Assembly: GCA_964247055.1 (NCBI GenBank)
Contig: OZ176052.1
Location: 8,928,001-8,992,000 of the forward strand
Direction of reading: 5' to 3'
DNA from: Paragordius varius
Lineage: Eukaryota; Animalia; Nematomorpha
DNA: 64,000 nt
How positions within the stretch are numbered: position 1 is the stretch's first letter; each line of letters begins with the position of its first letter. The notes beneath the pieces were generated by a model that saw only the letters and a program-made list of their open reading frames with translations, searched no databases and was not told the DNA's origin. Positions 23,401-37,100 of this stretch are shown in pieces. Both the position numbers and the translations under genes were made by a program.

Positions 23401-26400
23401 AAAGTGAGTTAAGTTTAGGTTTTTATATCATAAATACACCATTCGTTATTATAAAGACGCAAAAACTATCACACTATTTATTACACAAGGAACTTTACTT
23501 TAATAAAATCCGAAATATTTTACCCTTTTTTTCAATCACAAATTGTTAATTTAATTTACATTCTATTTACCAGGATTTGATAATCGGTCCTATCTTGTTT
23601 TTAAATTATGATTGCTACCGTATTTTAGAAAAATTAAATTTATAAAATAAATATTTTAATTATTTATTATATTAGCGATTAAAACGATCGGTCTGCGGTC
23701 TGATCTCCAGGACCTGAAAATTCACCATTCTCAGGCCATAATGTTTAGTGATGGTGGATTGAATTTACTTAAACAATATATGCTTGAAAAGTGGTCCTTA
23801 TTTCAAAACTTTGAGATAAATGGTAAATGACTTTTAGATTTATCCAACAACTTTTTAATGTGATATTAATTTATTACCTATTTAAATGCCATTTTTATTT
23901 AAAACATTTTCCATTTGAATATACCTTATTCATAAGATGTGTCAAACAAATATTAGTTTTGTTTTTAAATGCGCCTTTATTGAGGCCTCATGTTAAAATG
24001 TAGAGATTTAGATGTCATTAAAGTTTTCGAAAATTATTTATTAATATATACTAGCGTGAATCTCGTGCTGCTACGCAGCCCGAGGAAGTCCTTCGGACTT
24101 CTGGGGGGGGGAAAGGGGGGGTTCGAAGTTTGGATTTTAATGGGTCTACCGGTTTTCCTGTACCAGATCACAAAGCCAGCATTTTCCATTTTTATAAATA
24201 TATAGATTACCATAAATAATGTTTTAATATCCATATATCTTTTAACATGCTATACATATGATAGATACTCCTTACTCAGCAGCTATCATCAAAGAAACGC
24301 CTGACTAAAATTTTTGCCTTTTAACAGGCAATACGAAAAATCTTTCTCGAATTTTTACAGTCTCATACCTTGGGCAAAAAAATACAATCAAAAAAATATT
24401 TTTGTGGACTTTGTTTTTTTTTGAAAAAAATGGCATTTTACGGGGGGAGCGGGTAAAAAGAGGGCCTAAATCAAAAATGTGACTCGACTATGTTCGGCGC
24501 AATCGAAAATAAGTAAACAAAAATCATATTTAAAATTGAATGGCCCAACACGTTCTCCGGAAAATTGTCTCAAAGACACGATTTTTGTGGACTTCTGTTT
24601 TCAAAAAAAAACCCGTTTTTCATACGGGGTGGGCCCGAACTGGGGGCCTATTTCAAAAAAAGGGCGAAGCTATTGTCGGGGCATTCATTAATGATTATAT
24701 TTTTTCGATATTTGGATTTGATTGGGTCTACCGGTTTTCCTGTACCAGATCACAAAGCCAGCATTTTCCATTTTTATAAATATATAGATTACCATAAATA
24801 ATGTATTAATATCCATATATCTTTACACATGCTTACATATGATAGATACTCCTTACTCAGCATCTATCATCAAAGAAACGCTTGACTAAAATTTTTGCCT
24901 TTTAACAGGCAATACGAAAAATCTTTCTCGAATTTTTACAGTCTCATACCGTGGGCAAAAAAATACAATCAAAAAATTATTTTTGTGGACTTTGTTTTTT
25001 GAAAAAGGTGGCATTTCACGGGGGGAGCGGGTAAAAAGAGGGCCTAAATCAAAAAAGTGGCTCGGCTATGTTCAGCGCAATCGAAAATAAGTAAACAAAA
25101 ATCATATTTGAAATTGAATGGTCCAACACGTTCTCCAAAAAATTGACTTAACCCATTTTTCACACGGGGTGGGCCCAAACTGGGGACCTAATTCCAAAAA
25201 GGGGCGAAGCTATTGTCGGGGCATTCATTAATGATTAAATTTTTTCGATGTTTGTATTTGATCGGGTTCACCGGTTTTCCGGAAACAGATCACAAAGTTA
25301 TATGAAAAATCAGTTTTTAGCAGGTAGCTCCTTACCCAGCAGCTATCATCAAATAAACGGTAGACTAAATTTTTTGCCTTTTAACAGGGAATACGTGGAA
25401 TCTTTATTGAATTTTTACGGTCTCATACCTAGGGCGTAAAATCGATTTAAAAAATTATTTTTGTGGACTTCTGTTTTCAAAAAAAAACCCGTTTTTCATA
25501 CGGGGTGGGCCCGAACTGGGGGCCTATTTCAAAAAAAGGGCGAAGCTATTGTCGGGGCATTCATTAATGATTATATTTTTTCGATATTTGGATTTGATTG
25601 GGTCTACCGGTTTTCCTGTACCAGATCACAAAGCCAGCATTTTCCATTTTTATAAATATATAGATTATAAAATTACAATTATTATTTATGTTTATGGGCT
25701 AAATGTATCACAAAATTATTCTAACCTTACATTTCTAGATCTTATCAATCATACCTATCAAGTCGCCAAAGATTCGAAAATTGAATATTCTACACTGCCT
25801 AATTACCAATTTTATGATATTAAGTCTCAAATTACTGATCTTTTGAGTAATATATGCTCACAAAAAACGCGACATCTCAATGTTTTGAATAATTTCGATA
25901 ATATACTGGCCGTAATACCTCGTAAACAGAATTCCCATAAAACTGGAGTTGATTTATGTATAACACTTGTACATCCAATTCATATTGATGACGAACTATT
26001 TAATTCTGTTTCAAATCATAATCTTTTTTTAAGTAATAAAAGGACACTTTTTATACTGGCATCATCGGTTATGAATATAGAAAATCCTGCCAGCCAAAAT
26101 CACTCTATAATCAGTTATGATATTCCACAGTTGGCTGAAATACAATATATTCATGCGGAAAGATATGCGCTTGTTAAATTTTTGAATTCATCATCTGATT
26201 TAAATTCCAAAATAGGAATAATTCCTTTAATTCAAGAATTGTTTGAGATAACACCCAGTGAAGAATTACTTTCTAGCTTACAAATTGGCAAGGTTTACTT
26301 AAATATATTTTGGTTTTAAATTTTTACTGTATTTAATTTTTGGATATTATATTATTTTTATATTTGGGCTATGATCTGGCTCAAAGTTTGAATTTTTGTA

Positions 26401-29400
26401 TTATAAAATTTGATTAATCAATATTAAATTCTTTATGTGATTTTCTTAACATTTTGTGGACAGATAATTGAGGTTAGCGTTGTCGAGATGTCGGAAAACA
26501 AAAATGAACCATACAAGCATATTGTGTTCGTCAAATTTCACTGTGTGGACACGTCAATGCAAATATCAAATGAAAAAAATGAAAATGATAAAACTATTAT
26601 TAGATTAAACACTCAAGAAAAAACTCAGGTTTTTATAATTTTGCCGTTTATTGTATCCCTTATAGCACCTTTTCAAATTATGTAATTTAATTATTATTAT
26701 TAGTATCAAAATTAGTTCATTTTTTGTCAATCATATATTATTTAAAGAGACTTTTTTTATAAATTACTTTATTTAAATTCATCCATGGTTTATACTTAAA
26801 ATATGATTTTAATTATCTGTTCCTCAGGATACAAACTCTTTGTCGAGAATGGATCCATTCATCCTTGATATAAATGATACTAAACACACTAAATCAACCA
26901 TATTTGAAGATTTGATCGGCACTTCGAGAAATAGAAATTATTGTTTATATCCAACTACTCAAACAACATTACCACCTATTGGAGCCATTGTATCATCGAC
27001 TGATATTGGACCAAAATTTTTTGTCGTTCGCAAACGATTTAACACATACTTAACTCTTGACTTTTGTAATGGAGCCAGAGTGTACATTGATGAAATCGTT
27101 AGGGCCTGGAAACCATATCTATATGATCAAATCAAAGAATACTATGGTAGTGTGCTTAACACCGATCAAAATATCACTAAAATAGGGGGCAGAAAAATTA
27201 ACAAATATAGTGCAATACGTGAAGAATATATGGATTTGGCTGAAAAAGAGGAATCTAATATTTTATCTTTAAATCCTTGGAAAGATAATAATAATAATCA
27301 TAAGTTTGGAAATGAGACTCATGTACCGTTTGATATAGTTGAGGTTTTCTGTTTTTATTCGATCAATTAATTTTATAAAAAACCTTAAGACATTTATATC
27401 ATTTATTATAGGATACGGATGTCATGGAACTGATACCTGAGGGTTTTATTTTTGACAATGCCAAGTTTAAGGTCATTTCCCATTATAGATATGAATCAAA
27501 GTACACAACTATTTCGCGATCATTTCCAGTCCTTGCATTATGTTTACATGATAACGACCCCATAGAACAATCTAACTTGTAAAGATTACAAATAAACAAT
27601 TATTTAATTTTATTTTTGAACCCTTTTACAGTAAAAATTGAAATTCTTTGAACAAAACATAAAAAGTCTAATTTATCTTAAATCAGCTTCCTTCAACTCT
27701 GAAGATCTACAGCTTTGATGATAATTTATATAAAGCAGACGATATTTTAAAACTCAAAAATTTAACATGACCTATATTATTACAATCGTGAATTGTAAAA
27801 TTTATGTGGTATACTTTTTAACTATAAACGATAGGGAATTTTAAACATCAATTAAATTATTTTGGTTATATAACAATATAAGCCTTTTATTTCTTTTTTT
27901 ATTATATGATTTTGTTATAGAAAAGAGTTATGTTTTTAACTTAACTTGTAACTTTTTCTTACAAATTTTAGCGAAATTGGGACCCGTGTTAATGTGTTTG
28001 CTGAAAAGATTACAGACGACGATAGGATAGCTCAATTTTTCATTACTTATGGCGTTAAAGGGATTTGTCGTGGTATTGATTTGGACAAGGATGTTAAGGT
28101 GAAATATTTGTATGATATATTGTTCTTTGTATAATATATTTATACAAAATATATTATTCAACCGAAATTTAATTAGAGTCAGAAATCATGGATTAAATTG
28201 AAGTTAAACATTATGAATTAGGAAGACTAATTGATATTTCATATTAACAAATCAAAAATTTTGATAACTCATAATAACAAAGGGTTTAAAAATATAATAA
28301 GAGAAGTAAACCACGTTTTCTATTCATATCATAGTTTTAATTTTTTTATCCCAACAATTTAATAACCTAATATCTTTTGTTTGTATGTGCAGATTATTAC
28401 TAATCCATCTCTCCGATTTAAACCCGGGCGTATATATATGAATGCCATTATAGTCGGAAAGCCTGAAACCAGCTATCACACAAATAAACCCTATGTTGAT
28501 CTTTCTGCCGAATCCTGGCTACAAATATCTATGGTCGCCAACAATAATAGTACCATAAATGATTTAAATAATTTATTGCTGGTCCCAAATTCAATCATTC
28601 AAGCCACTTTTTACCGTTGTTTTACATTTCATGATCCTAGTTAGTATTTTTTTAGCCCTTTATAATATTCAAATTTTATAAAATAAATGTCGCAATATCC
28701 CGTACTTAAATAATTTTATTCGATTGTGGTGCTTATAATACAATTGTGCGCCATAAATCTATTTTTAAACTTTTGCAAATATATTACTTATTTTTATTTT
28801 TCTTCGCATTATGTAGTTTTACGTCTTTGGGTTTTCCGTTTACCAAAACAAAATTTTGGTTTGGTATCATTATTTGATTGCGATTTGGACATTATGCATA
28901 AGAATGCTTTTAAGATACCAAAGTTTGGCATGCATGTGCAGAACGATCCCAAAAAAGTAGAAAAGGTATCATATTTATATATTTTTATTATCATTTAAAA
29001 AAATAACATTATTATATTTTTTAATATATAAGGGATTAATGAAAGATGTAGAAAACAATGACGAAGAAACAATGTCTGATTCTGACGCGTCTTTAGATGA
29101 TCTATCAATGAATTTTAAAATGCCTCCAATTCTTAAATTAAATCGAGATTTACGGCATAAAGAATTACCAATGCTATATACTGGAAAAATTAGATATCCC
29201 TTATCTCATGCCGAAAGTTTTATTATTAGTCAAGAACTAAATAAAATAACCGACGAATTTCAACAAACAAAACGTAAAGATGTATCAAAAAAAGATAATC
29301 ATAACAATAATAGCATTTTAAGGATTAAATCACCCTTTAGCAGTATTGCTTTTGAGAAGCAATATTCCACTTTTTATGCCCTTGAGTTAAGATCAAAACA

Positions 29401-32400
29401 GCTGACAGATCCTGCCACATCGAAGAAATGTAATGGTGTGTACATCAAAGTAAAAAGATTTATTGGACTTGTTAAAGAATTGCCAGCAGGTATTTTAAAT
29501 ATCAGTCTGCGTGATCAAATTATAACATATTTTTTGAAATGGACTGATCCAAAATCCGCTAAACCCAACGATAATCAAGATAAAAATGTTAAAAGATTAG
29601 CAGATGACGAAAATTGTTATCATGGTGTTGTACTTGTATCCTTATTTCCGCTTAAAATAGCATTGTTTGCACGAAATGATCATGATTCTCACAAACTACT
29701 TGAAGATGGTCAATGGATATCCCTAAAACATTTTGGACAGTATAATCTATTGTCTAACTTTTTTATTAGAAAGACGAAACATAGAAATCAAAAGACTAAT
29801 ACTTTTTGTAAGGCAGACGATATTTTTAAGCCTTGATAACCTATCTTTTCGAGTTGCGTAATAAGAATGGATGTAAATTTATAGATATCTCAATTATGCA
29901 TATTTGGAATTGTAATCATTTGCTCTATGCTATATAGAAAAAATCAAGGATTAAGAAATATCGTTTTCTTTAACAAAAAAGATTTTTAGTCTTTTAGTTT
30001 TTGCGTTTTATATTTATAATTTCAATTTTACTGTAAATTATTTTTACCTTATTTTAGTAAAATAAGTGTATATGATAAAATCTTTCTTTATAGTGGACAG
30101 GAACCTTTCCCAGAAATTATGTATCAAATTGAAACATACAAATCATCCCGTATCATTTTATCACTTGATCGTAAGTCCAAAAACAAAAATATTGGTACTG
30201 TACTTCCAAAGCCTGTTTCCGACTTAGGTAAATGTAAATCATAAATAATTTTTACCATTTAACTTAATGGATGGTTCATTAAATTTCATCGATTCTTTTT
30301 CGGGCAATAAAATAATGGAAATTTTACATATATGAGTTTTTTATAATTTTTTGATTGATACCCCAAATTTTAAGCGGATGGATCAAAAAAGTTTGATTGG
30401 TGGATTCCTTCTAACAATTATCAAAACAATGATGCGATATTGCAAAATGAAACCGCTATAAAAGTTACAAAGAAAATGGAAATAGAAACCCAAATATCAC
30501 CTTTAGCGAAATCTCCTACGCATAAAACTGGTAGTCTATTTAGTAATGCCGAACTTTTACCTGATGTAACGCCGCAATCCTTGGAAGAAATTGAGAATTC
30601 ATGTACCAAAAAACATATAAGCAAGTAATTGGATGCTCAAAATTACATTTATTTCAAGCGAAATTTTGGCATTTTAAGAAAACTAATACTTAAATGGTGT
30701 TAAAATTCATTAACAACGCAAATTATTGCGTATTTTACTTGTATAATGTGTCAGCCTTAATCAATTGTTTATCCTTTAATAGGTTTTTTTAATCTCGAAT
30801 TCAAATTATACTTTTTAAATAATTTTTGGCGACATAGTCGATAAGAGTTAACGATTACATAATAACTAGATTTTTAACATTTTTATTTTCTGGTAATTTT
30901 TTAACATAAAATCAACACTTTTAACCAATATATTGTTTTGTAATAGTTAAACCATAATCAATCGAATATATTTAATGAATAATTAGACGTGCAGCTAAAA
31001 GAATGGAAGAAAAATTGGAAACTGATGTTTTTATCCAACAACATTTGGCATCTACCACTACACAAGATTCAACGACTGCTGGAGTTTTTGATTCAATCCC
31101 TGCTTTGGAAAAAGAAATTATCACACAACCTAATAATTCATTTTTATGGACACGACTTTTAGCTCTACACGTTAAGGGTGGGGACATTGAAAAGGGCCGA
31201 CTTACTGCTAAAAAAGCTCTGGAAACTATATCATTAAGGTTTTTTTCTGCTCTCTGCTCACACTAATTTTGTTTAGATTACTCTCTAAAATTGGGAAATT
31301 ATTTGCAATATGGTAAATTTTGGTAAAACTAAATTTAGATAGTTATCCTAATTTAAATTGAAAATTTCTAAATATTAAAATTTCCAAAAACTAAAAGATT
31401 CATCTAAATCATAATATAGCTTTTACACCTCAAATTCACCCTTGAATATCTAAACACCTTTTAAAATTTTAATTTTCTCCTTGAATATTTCAAATTCACC
31501 CTAAAAATAATTCATTTTGAAGATATTTTAAAAAATTAAATCTGTTTAAAATTAATGTAATACAGAAACATGTGATAAGCTTAGCCATAAAGTAATATTT
31601 CTCAAAAATGAGTTAGGTTAGACTAAAAACACATTATTATTATTTTTAGAGTGAATTTGCGGTGTAAAAGTATAATGATATAAAATTTAAAAATATATAT
31701 ATATATATATATTTTCCTCTAATTTTTAAGAGAATCACAAGAGAGGTTAAATATTTGGATAGCTCTGTTAAACTTGGAACTATTGTGCAATGCTAAGGGT
31801 AATTTATCACTCGAATTTACGCAAACGCTAGATGAAGCATTACGATGCAATGATCCCGAACAAACTTATTTGGCCCTCATTACCATATACATTCGCAACG
31901 GAATGATTGAAGTTTATTGTTACATTTATTGATTATACATATCATATTTTTAAAAAAACATATAATTTAAAAATGCTTTTAACTTTTATATTTATTATTG
32001 TCATAACATTTGAGGTACTTTCCATTTTTTAGCCATATAAATTAACAGTGTAAATATATAATAATAAGTAAATCACGTATTTTTCAAAGAAATTTTAATT
32101 ATGACTGTCTTTCGAGCGGAGGATTGCAGTTTAGAAAAAGTTAGTATTTAAATAAGGCAGGCTTCTCAACATTAAGTAACAAAAATATCAAAGAGTTTGC
32201 AAGAGGAAAATTTTTATAAATATTGCGGGTGATTTTTAATTGATTGCGTATCTATCAATAATACATTGCAAATTTCATGTATGTAATTTTGTGATAACTC
32301 ATATATATATATGGATATAGTTTGCCCATGATACATATCGTAAAATACTCTCTCTATCCACAAAATCACATTCTAACACTGAAAAATCTGATGGTATGGA

Positions 32401-33691
32401 CATTCAATCCAAAAAAGTTCCCAACACCATAAAAACTATTATGAAAAGTCCACAGGTTTGGATAAGTTATGTCGAGTTTCTATTCAAACATTGCAGAAGA
32501 CCTCAACAAGCTCGTGAAATGTTGGAAAAAATGTTTATTCATATTGACAAAAAACAACGTAAGATTGCCAAATGCCTTTAATATATAATTTAATTGGTAA
32601 ATCATTTATCGATAATTAGAAAAATTCCTATGCTGAGAATATATTCACTGTTATAGAAATTTAAATATATATATATATACATTACTTTTCACATTAAAGT
32701 AAAAATGGGATTGTATCTTTATTTTTATATAAAGTATTATACTATAAAACCATTTGATTAGTCTAATATCGTTTTGTTTTTAGTAATAACATGAAATTAT
32801 TTATTAATATCCCATAACACGGCATTATAAGTTGATAGTCGGTGATTTTCTGACCGGTCAAAAACCCTAACTCTTTTAGAATAGTTTATAATGGTTATAT
32901 CTCATTATATAATATCATTGCAACATAATATTTACACCTTTTTACCTAGATGTCGAGCTTGTTGTAAAATTTGCATTACTGGAATTCGATTATGGTCACG
33001 CTGAACGGGCCAAAACTATGTTCACTAAAACTTTACAAAGTTATCCCAAGCGAATGGATGTTTGGTTTAGATATTTGGATGCTTTACTTAAACGGAAATT
33101 GCTAACTGATGCTAAGTAAATAATTTTGTTGAGATAATTTCTGTGCGTGAAAAAGATTTGGGGTTTTGTTTAAATTTTATATATACATTGTCGTTTTTGA
33201 AAAAACAAAAAAATTTTTTTTTAGAATTAAGACTTATAATCCATAATAATTAAAAATTACATTAATAATCCTTCATTTTATATAGGTTATTTATTTATTT
33301 TTGTATAAAATTAGAAATTTTTTGCCTCAAATTATATTACAATAATACATGCTAAAAATTTACCCTAAAATTTTTTACAATGTTTCCATGCTTAAAATTG
33401 GAATTTTGCACAGGCTAAATTTAGCCCAAAAATGGGTTATATATATGCGATCAATTTTTTATATGTATTATAAATGATTGTACTACAAAAAACTTAATTT
33501 TTTATTTTATTGTTGTTTAATTGTTCAATTTTTTTAGAAATGTTTTGAATGACCTATCTACCACATCATTTGATAAGAAATCACGTCGTTCAATATACAA
33601 GAGATTGGTAGATTTTGAGGTAAAATATGGAACATTTGAAAATTTGCAGAAGATTAAAGATTCGTTTTCAGACGTAGCTGTGATGACATAA
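13663..33691 (+). CDS. RRP5: rRNA biogenesis protein RRP5 / PDCD11 (S1 repeats plus C-terminal HAT/TPR), 34 exons, ~2,497 aa
   Basis: Exons: 13663-13725, 13752-13859, 13889-14056, 14087-14248, 14275-14395, 14428-14564, 14878-15025, 16015-16304, 16778-17063, 17492-17754, 18181-18466, 19339-19577, 19994-20240, 21200-21336, 22038-22274, 22354-22558, 22938-23086, 23325-23418, 23676-23822, 25739-26292, 26464-26628, 26828-27343, 27412-27578, 27972-28098, 28393-28639, 28817-28965, 29033-29739, 30094-30227, 30375-30624, 30987-31238, 31731-31911, 32321-32558, 32950-33115, 33538-33691. Total 7,494 nt, phases consistent. Motifs: DLPRGG; SLCIGMKFLGIIKAIHDYEMKITLPG; GVLVQINEHIRGFIPLLHLSD; CRVLDCWPDQTRLLLTHKKSLI; HAT region QPNNSFLW...KKALETISLRESQERLNIWIALLNLE...VKFALLEFDYGHAERAKTMF...YPKRMDVW. 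Some central exon boundaries rest on phase logic alone. The start could be ATG 13678 instead. Confidence 0.9.
24051..25664 (-). mobile_element. Non-autonomous Helitron with tandemly repeated 5' termini, in an RRP5 intron
   Basis: On the minus strand: 5' A|TCTATATATTTATAAAAATGG at 25664; 3' hairpin CTCGGGCTGC-GTA-GCAGCACGAG followed by CTAG|T at 24054-24051; A|T insertion site. The 5' motif recurs at 24788 and 24206 (582-bp period). Confidence 0.82.
31420..31670. mobile_element. MITE with 23-bp TIRs in an RRP5 intron
   Basis: cttttacacctcaaattcaccct at 31420 versus the reverse complement of agagtgaatttgcggtgtaaaag ending at 31670 (2 mismatches). It shares the caaattcaccc subrepeat with the 6970-7325 element. 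Confidence 0.6.
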
Positions 33692-33749
33692 ACTATCTTT
33701 TTTCTCCCAATATCTGCATAATGCATCAATTCTCATTCATATTACAATC

Positions 33750-33755
33750 AATAAA
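33750..33755 (+). promoter_or_regulatory. Candidate polyadenylation signal of RRP5
   Basis: AATAAA 59 nt after the stop codon; chance occurrence is likely in AT-rich DNA. Confidence 0.4.
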
Positions 33756-34133
33756 TAAAACAATTAAAATGTTTTTATTATTTGATAATTTTTATTTTGC
33801 GGTGCTTAAACTTCGATATTGAGGTTTACCCATCATCTTTAATGTACATGGTGTAGTTAAAGTGAGGTTTTTATTGTTTTTCTTATGTTGTCCTAAGTAG
33901 ATGTGTATCAGATCCAAAACTGGCTTGTTAGTTTACCTAAGGTCGGCCAACACCATTGGGTGATGGCAATAAAACTTTGTAATATTCAATTTAAATCTTT
34001 GTTTGATATATAAAAATATTTTAATAAAAGTAAACTATCATAGGGAGCTTTTATAATCATTTTTTACACATTTATTTATTGATTATTTTTGGAAGCAACC
34101 TAACTAACTAATGATTAAGGAGGGAAGAGTAAT

Positions 34134-37100
34134 TTACAAATTTTCGTTTATCCATTTGTTAAATAATGCAACATTAGTATAAATCCCTGGTTTCTTTTCT
34201 CTTGCACATCCTTGACCCCAAGATACTACGCCAATTAGTTTGTGAATACCTTCAATTTCACATGTTAGCGGGCCTCCTGAGTCACCCTATTTATAATTGT
34301 ATGTTGTGGCAAAAAATTATAAATACAATGTATATTAATGAAACATTTATATAATAAAAAGAACTTTGCAAGCGTCTTTTTGTCCTTCTTCAAAGCCCGC
34401 ACAAATCATTGTAGAAGTTAATCTTCCATTATAGTATTCAGTTGAGTTACATGTTTTCGTTGACATCATTGGTAAACATAGTTCGTTTAAGGCCGTGTCT
34501 TGGCTAGAACCTGAAATAATATTTGTTGATAGTAATATTTTTATTATTAAATTTATACTTTAATGAAATGAAAAATAAATTTATAATTTAACATTAATAA
34601 AAAAAATTATAATGTACAAAAAATATAAGCATGAAAATATTTAAAAATATTCATAAAATAGTATAAACAAAAAATGCACCGAAATGGATAGTGTACTTGA
34701 CATTTTCTTTTTATGATCTACGAAAATACTCATACTATGGTAATGTAAGAAAAAACAGCGGTACCCATCACAAATAACTTCGCGGGCCGCGTTCGAAATA
34801 TATGGGTATTATTAATTTTTTAGCAACTTTACCAATTAGCACATACGTATTCAGATGTTTCAGAAAAATCAATTTTATTTAGATTTTGAATATAGCTATT
34901 TCTTAAATATTTTTAAATGTGTTTATTATTTCTCGCAGACTTGAAGAGTTATTAGAAGCATGTAGGACACCACTGGTATCTTTCATAACTTTTTAATTCG
35001 ATTGTGGGTGTATATTAGATATTTTAGTAAACCTAACTTTTACCTCGTGTTTCTCCGAATCCTGCTATACAGCATATCGTCCCAACGGGTACTTTTTCAT
35101 TTTGTTCAGGTAAACATATTGGTTGCACATAATCCCCAAATATAAATGGTTTATCGACTTCAATTAAAGCTATATCATTGTCATATTTATTGTCTCGATC
35201 GAAATGAATGTGCTTAGTTAATTTTTTTATTCGTCTAATTTGTTCTAAAGGGAGTCCCACGCTCTCCTTGATATGGATACCGGCAGTAATGGTAAAATTC
35301 CAAGCTTCTATATAGCTAATTCACACACACATAATAACTTATTAAAAATAATAATGATATTTTTAAAAAATAATAAAACTTTAATTATATTCTCAACCGA
35401 TCGCAAAATCATTTTGATACTATTGACTCTCCCGATTTCAATGCCATTTTATCAATGATTAAAATTGTCAAAGTTTGTAGTTGAAATTGTTAATTAACCT
35501 TACTTTAAAAAATCATATCCACCCATACAAAACTTGTTAGGATTTAAATTAGTGCCAAAAACCGCTACTTACCTGGTGTAATTGGATTTATTTATGAGTA
35601 GAAACCACAAAATTTACATAACTTAGCATATGCCATTAAAATATGAATTTGGATTTAAATATAAATTTGAAAAAATTATCGTGACCATGTGGAAACAAGC
35701 TTAAAATATATAAAATCTAATTTTATTCGGTAGAAACTATGTTCCTCTGTTATATTTATTTTTAATTTTTAGCTTTAAAAGGTAAAATTAAAAATTTAAA
35801 AATAATGTCAAATATACCTTTATTTTACATACTTTATGTAATTGCATCAAGTTGGTTTAATTAAAACATCTTTAAAAAATTCTAAAATGCCTACAACCGT
35901 ATTGCAAATTATTATATCTAAATATCGTATAAATTAGCCTTCAAATTTTGCCTTCTTTTCTTCCTGAACACAAAATTTTCATATGGCAAGTTTTATCATG
36001 AGTAATTGGGAAAGTCATAGAAAGTAAGCAGGCAGTTAAATTGGTATATACTTCATTTTTTGATCTAACATTAAAACACACATATACAAGTTCACACCTA
36101 ATAGTAGCTACTTATTTTTAGCATTCTGTATTTATGTCAAATTTTTTGATTGAAAAGGACGTTTGCGGCACGCACTATTATAAGAAAAAAGCTGTTAAAA
36201 GTTATCTTTGCTGGCAGAATATAGGGTGAAATGCTGTATTAACAAAGTTGTGATAACATGTGAAAGACTGCGGGTGCTCTAATAGTACAGATTTGAACTA
36301 ATGTGCAAGATCATTGGATGATGACCCAACTCAAACTTAAAACATTTGTCAGAAGTACTATGTGTATCATAAAAAATCAATAGATATCTACGAGCCATGG
36401 TAAATAGGTCACACACAATTTAAAAGAACAAATCGAAAAAAGAGTGACTTGTGAATTCCTGCTTCAACGAGCGGTATTGTGTATTATAATTTTGAAGTAT
36501 CGTGATTACAACACTGTGACTAACAAATATTTAATTAAAACCATGTAATCGAAAAAAGCCGGAATGAGCCAGAAATCATGACGAAATAATTTCGCTACAT
36601 GAAAATGCTTTATCCAGCAAAATCAGTGAAAAACACATTAAAATCGCGATGGAAATTTTTTCCGCATCCTAGCCTGCGCCATCCTAATGCAACTTCTTAT
36701 CCCCTCCCCTCTGCAGCAATTCAATAATTTTAAAAACGTTAGAAAATAGCATATCAAATGGTTTGCTGCAAAAGTCATTCAGTTTTTCTGGCACGGCATT
36801 ATTATATTAGCTGAGAGATGGGCGTATGTAGAAGACGATGTAAAATTGAATAAGATAATTAATTAATTTACTTCCAAAATTACATGGGCATACCAAAAAA
36901 CCGGTAATAAATTAGGATTGCACATGGATTTATAATTTTAAGCTGCATTCATGTTAAGATTGTTGCTGTAACTATATATATGTGTATGGCGTTTTCGAAA
37001 AAAACAATATATTTATTATTAAATTAAGCTTTACCTTATTTTTTATCTAGCTGTTAATAGAGTTAATATCTTACAAAATGTTATTCCAAATATACAAAAA

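Noticed and set aside
24479-25655. Overlapping short ORFs with duplicated peptides
   Set aside because: They lie within Helitron tandem units inside an RRP5 intron; the identical peptides only reflect the DNA repeat.
24051-25664. CRISPR-like array (also the 10017-10300 repeat)
   Set aside because: Units are 143-582 bp with no unique spacers, there are no cas genes, and the context is eukaryotic.
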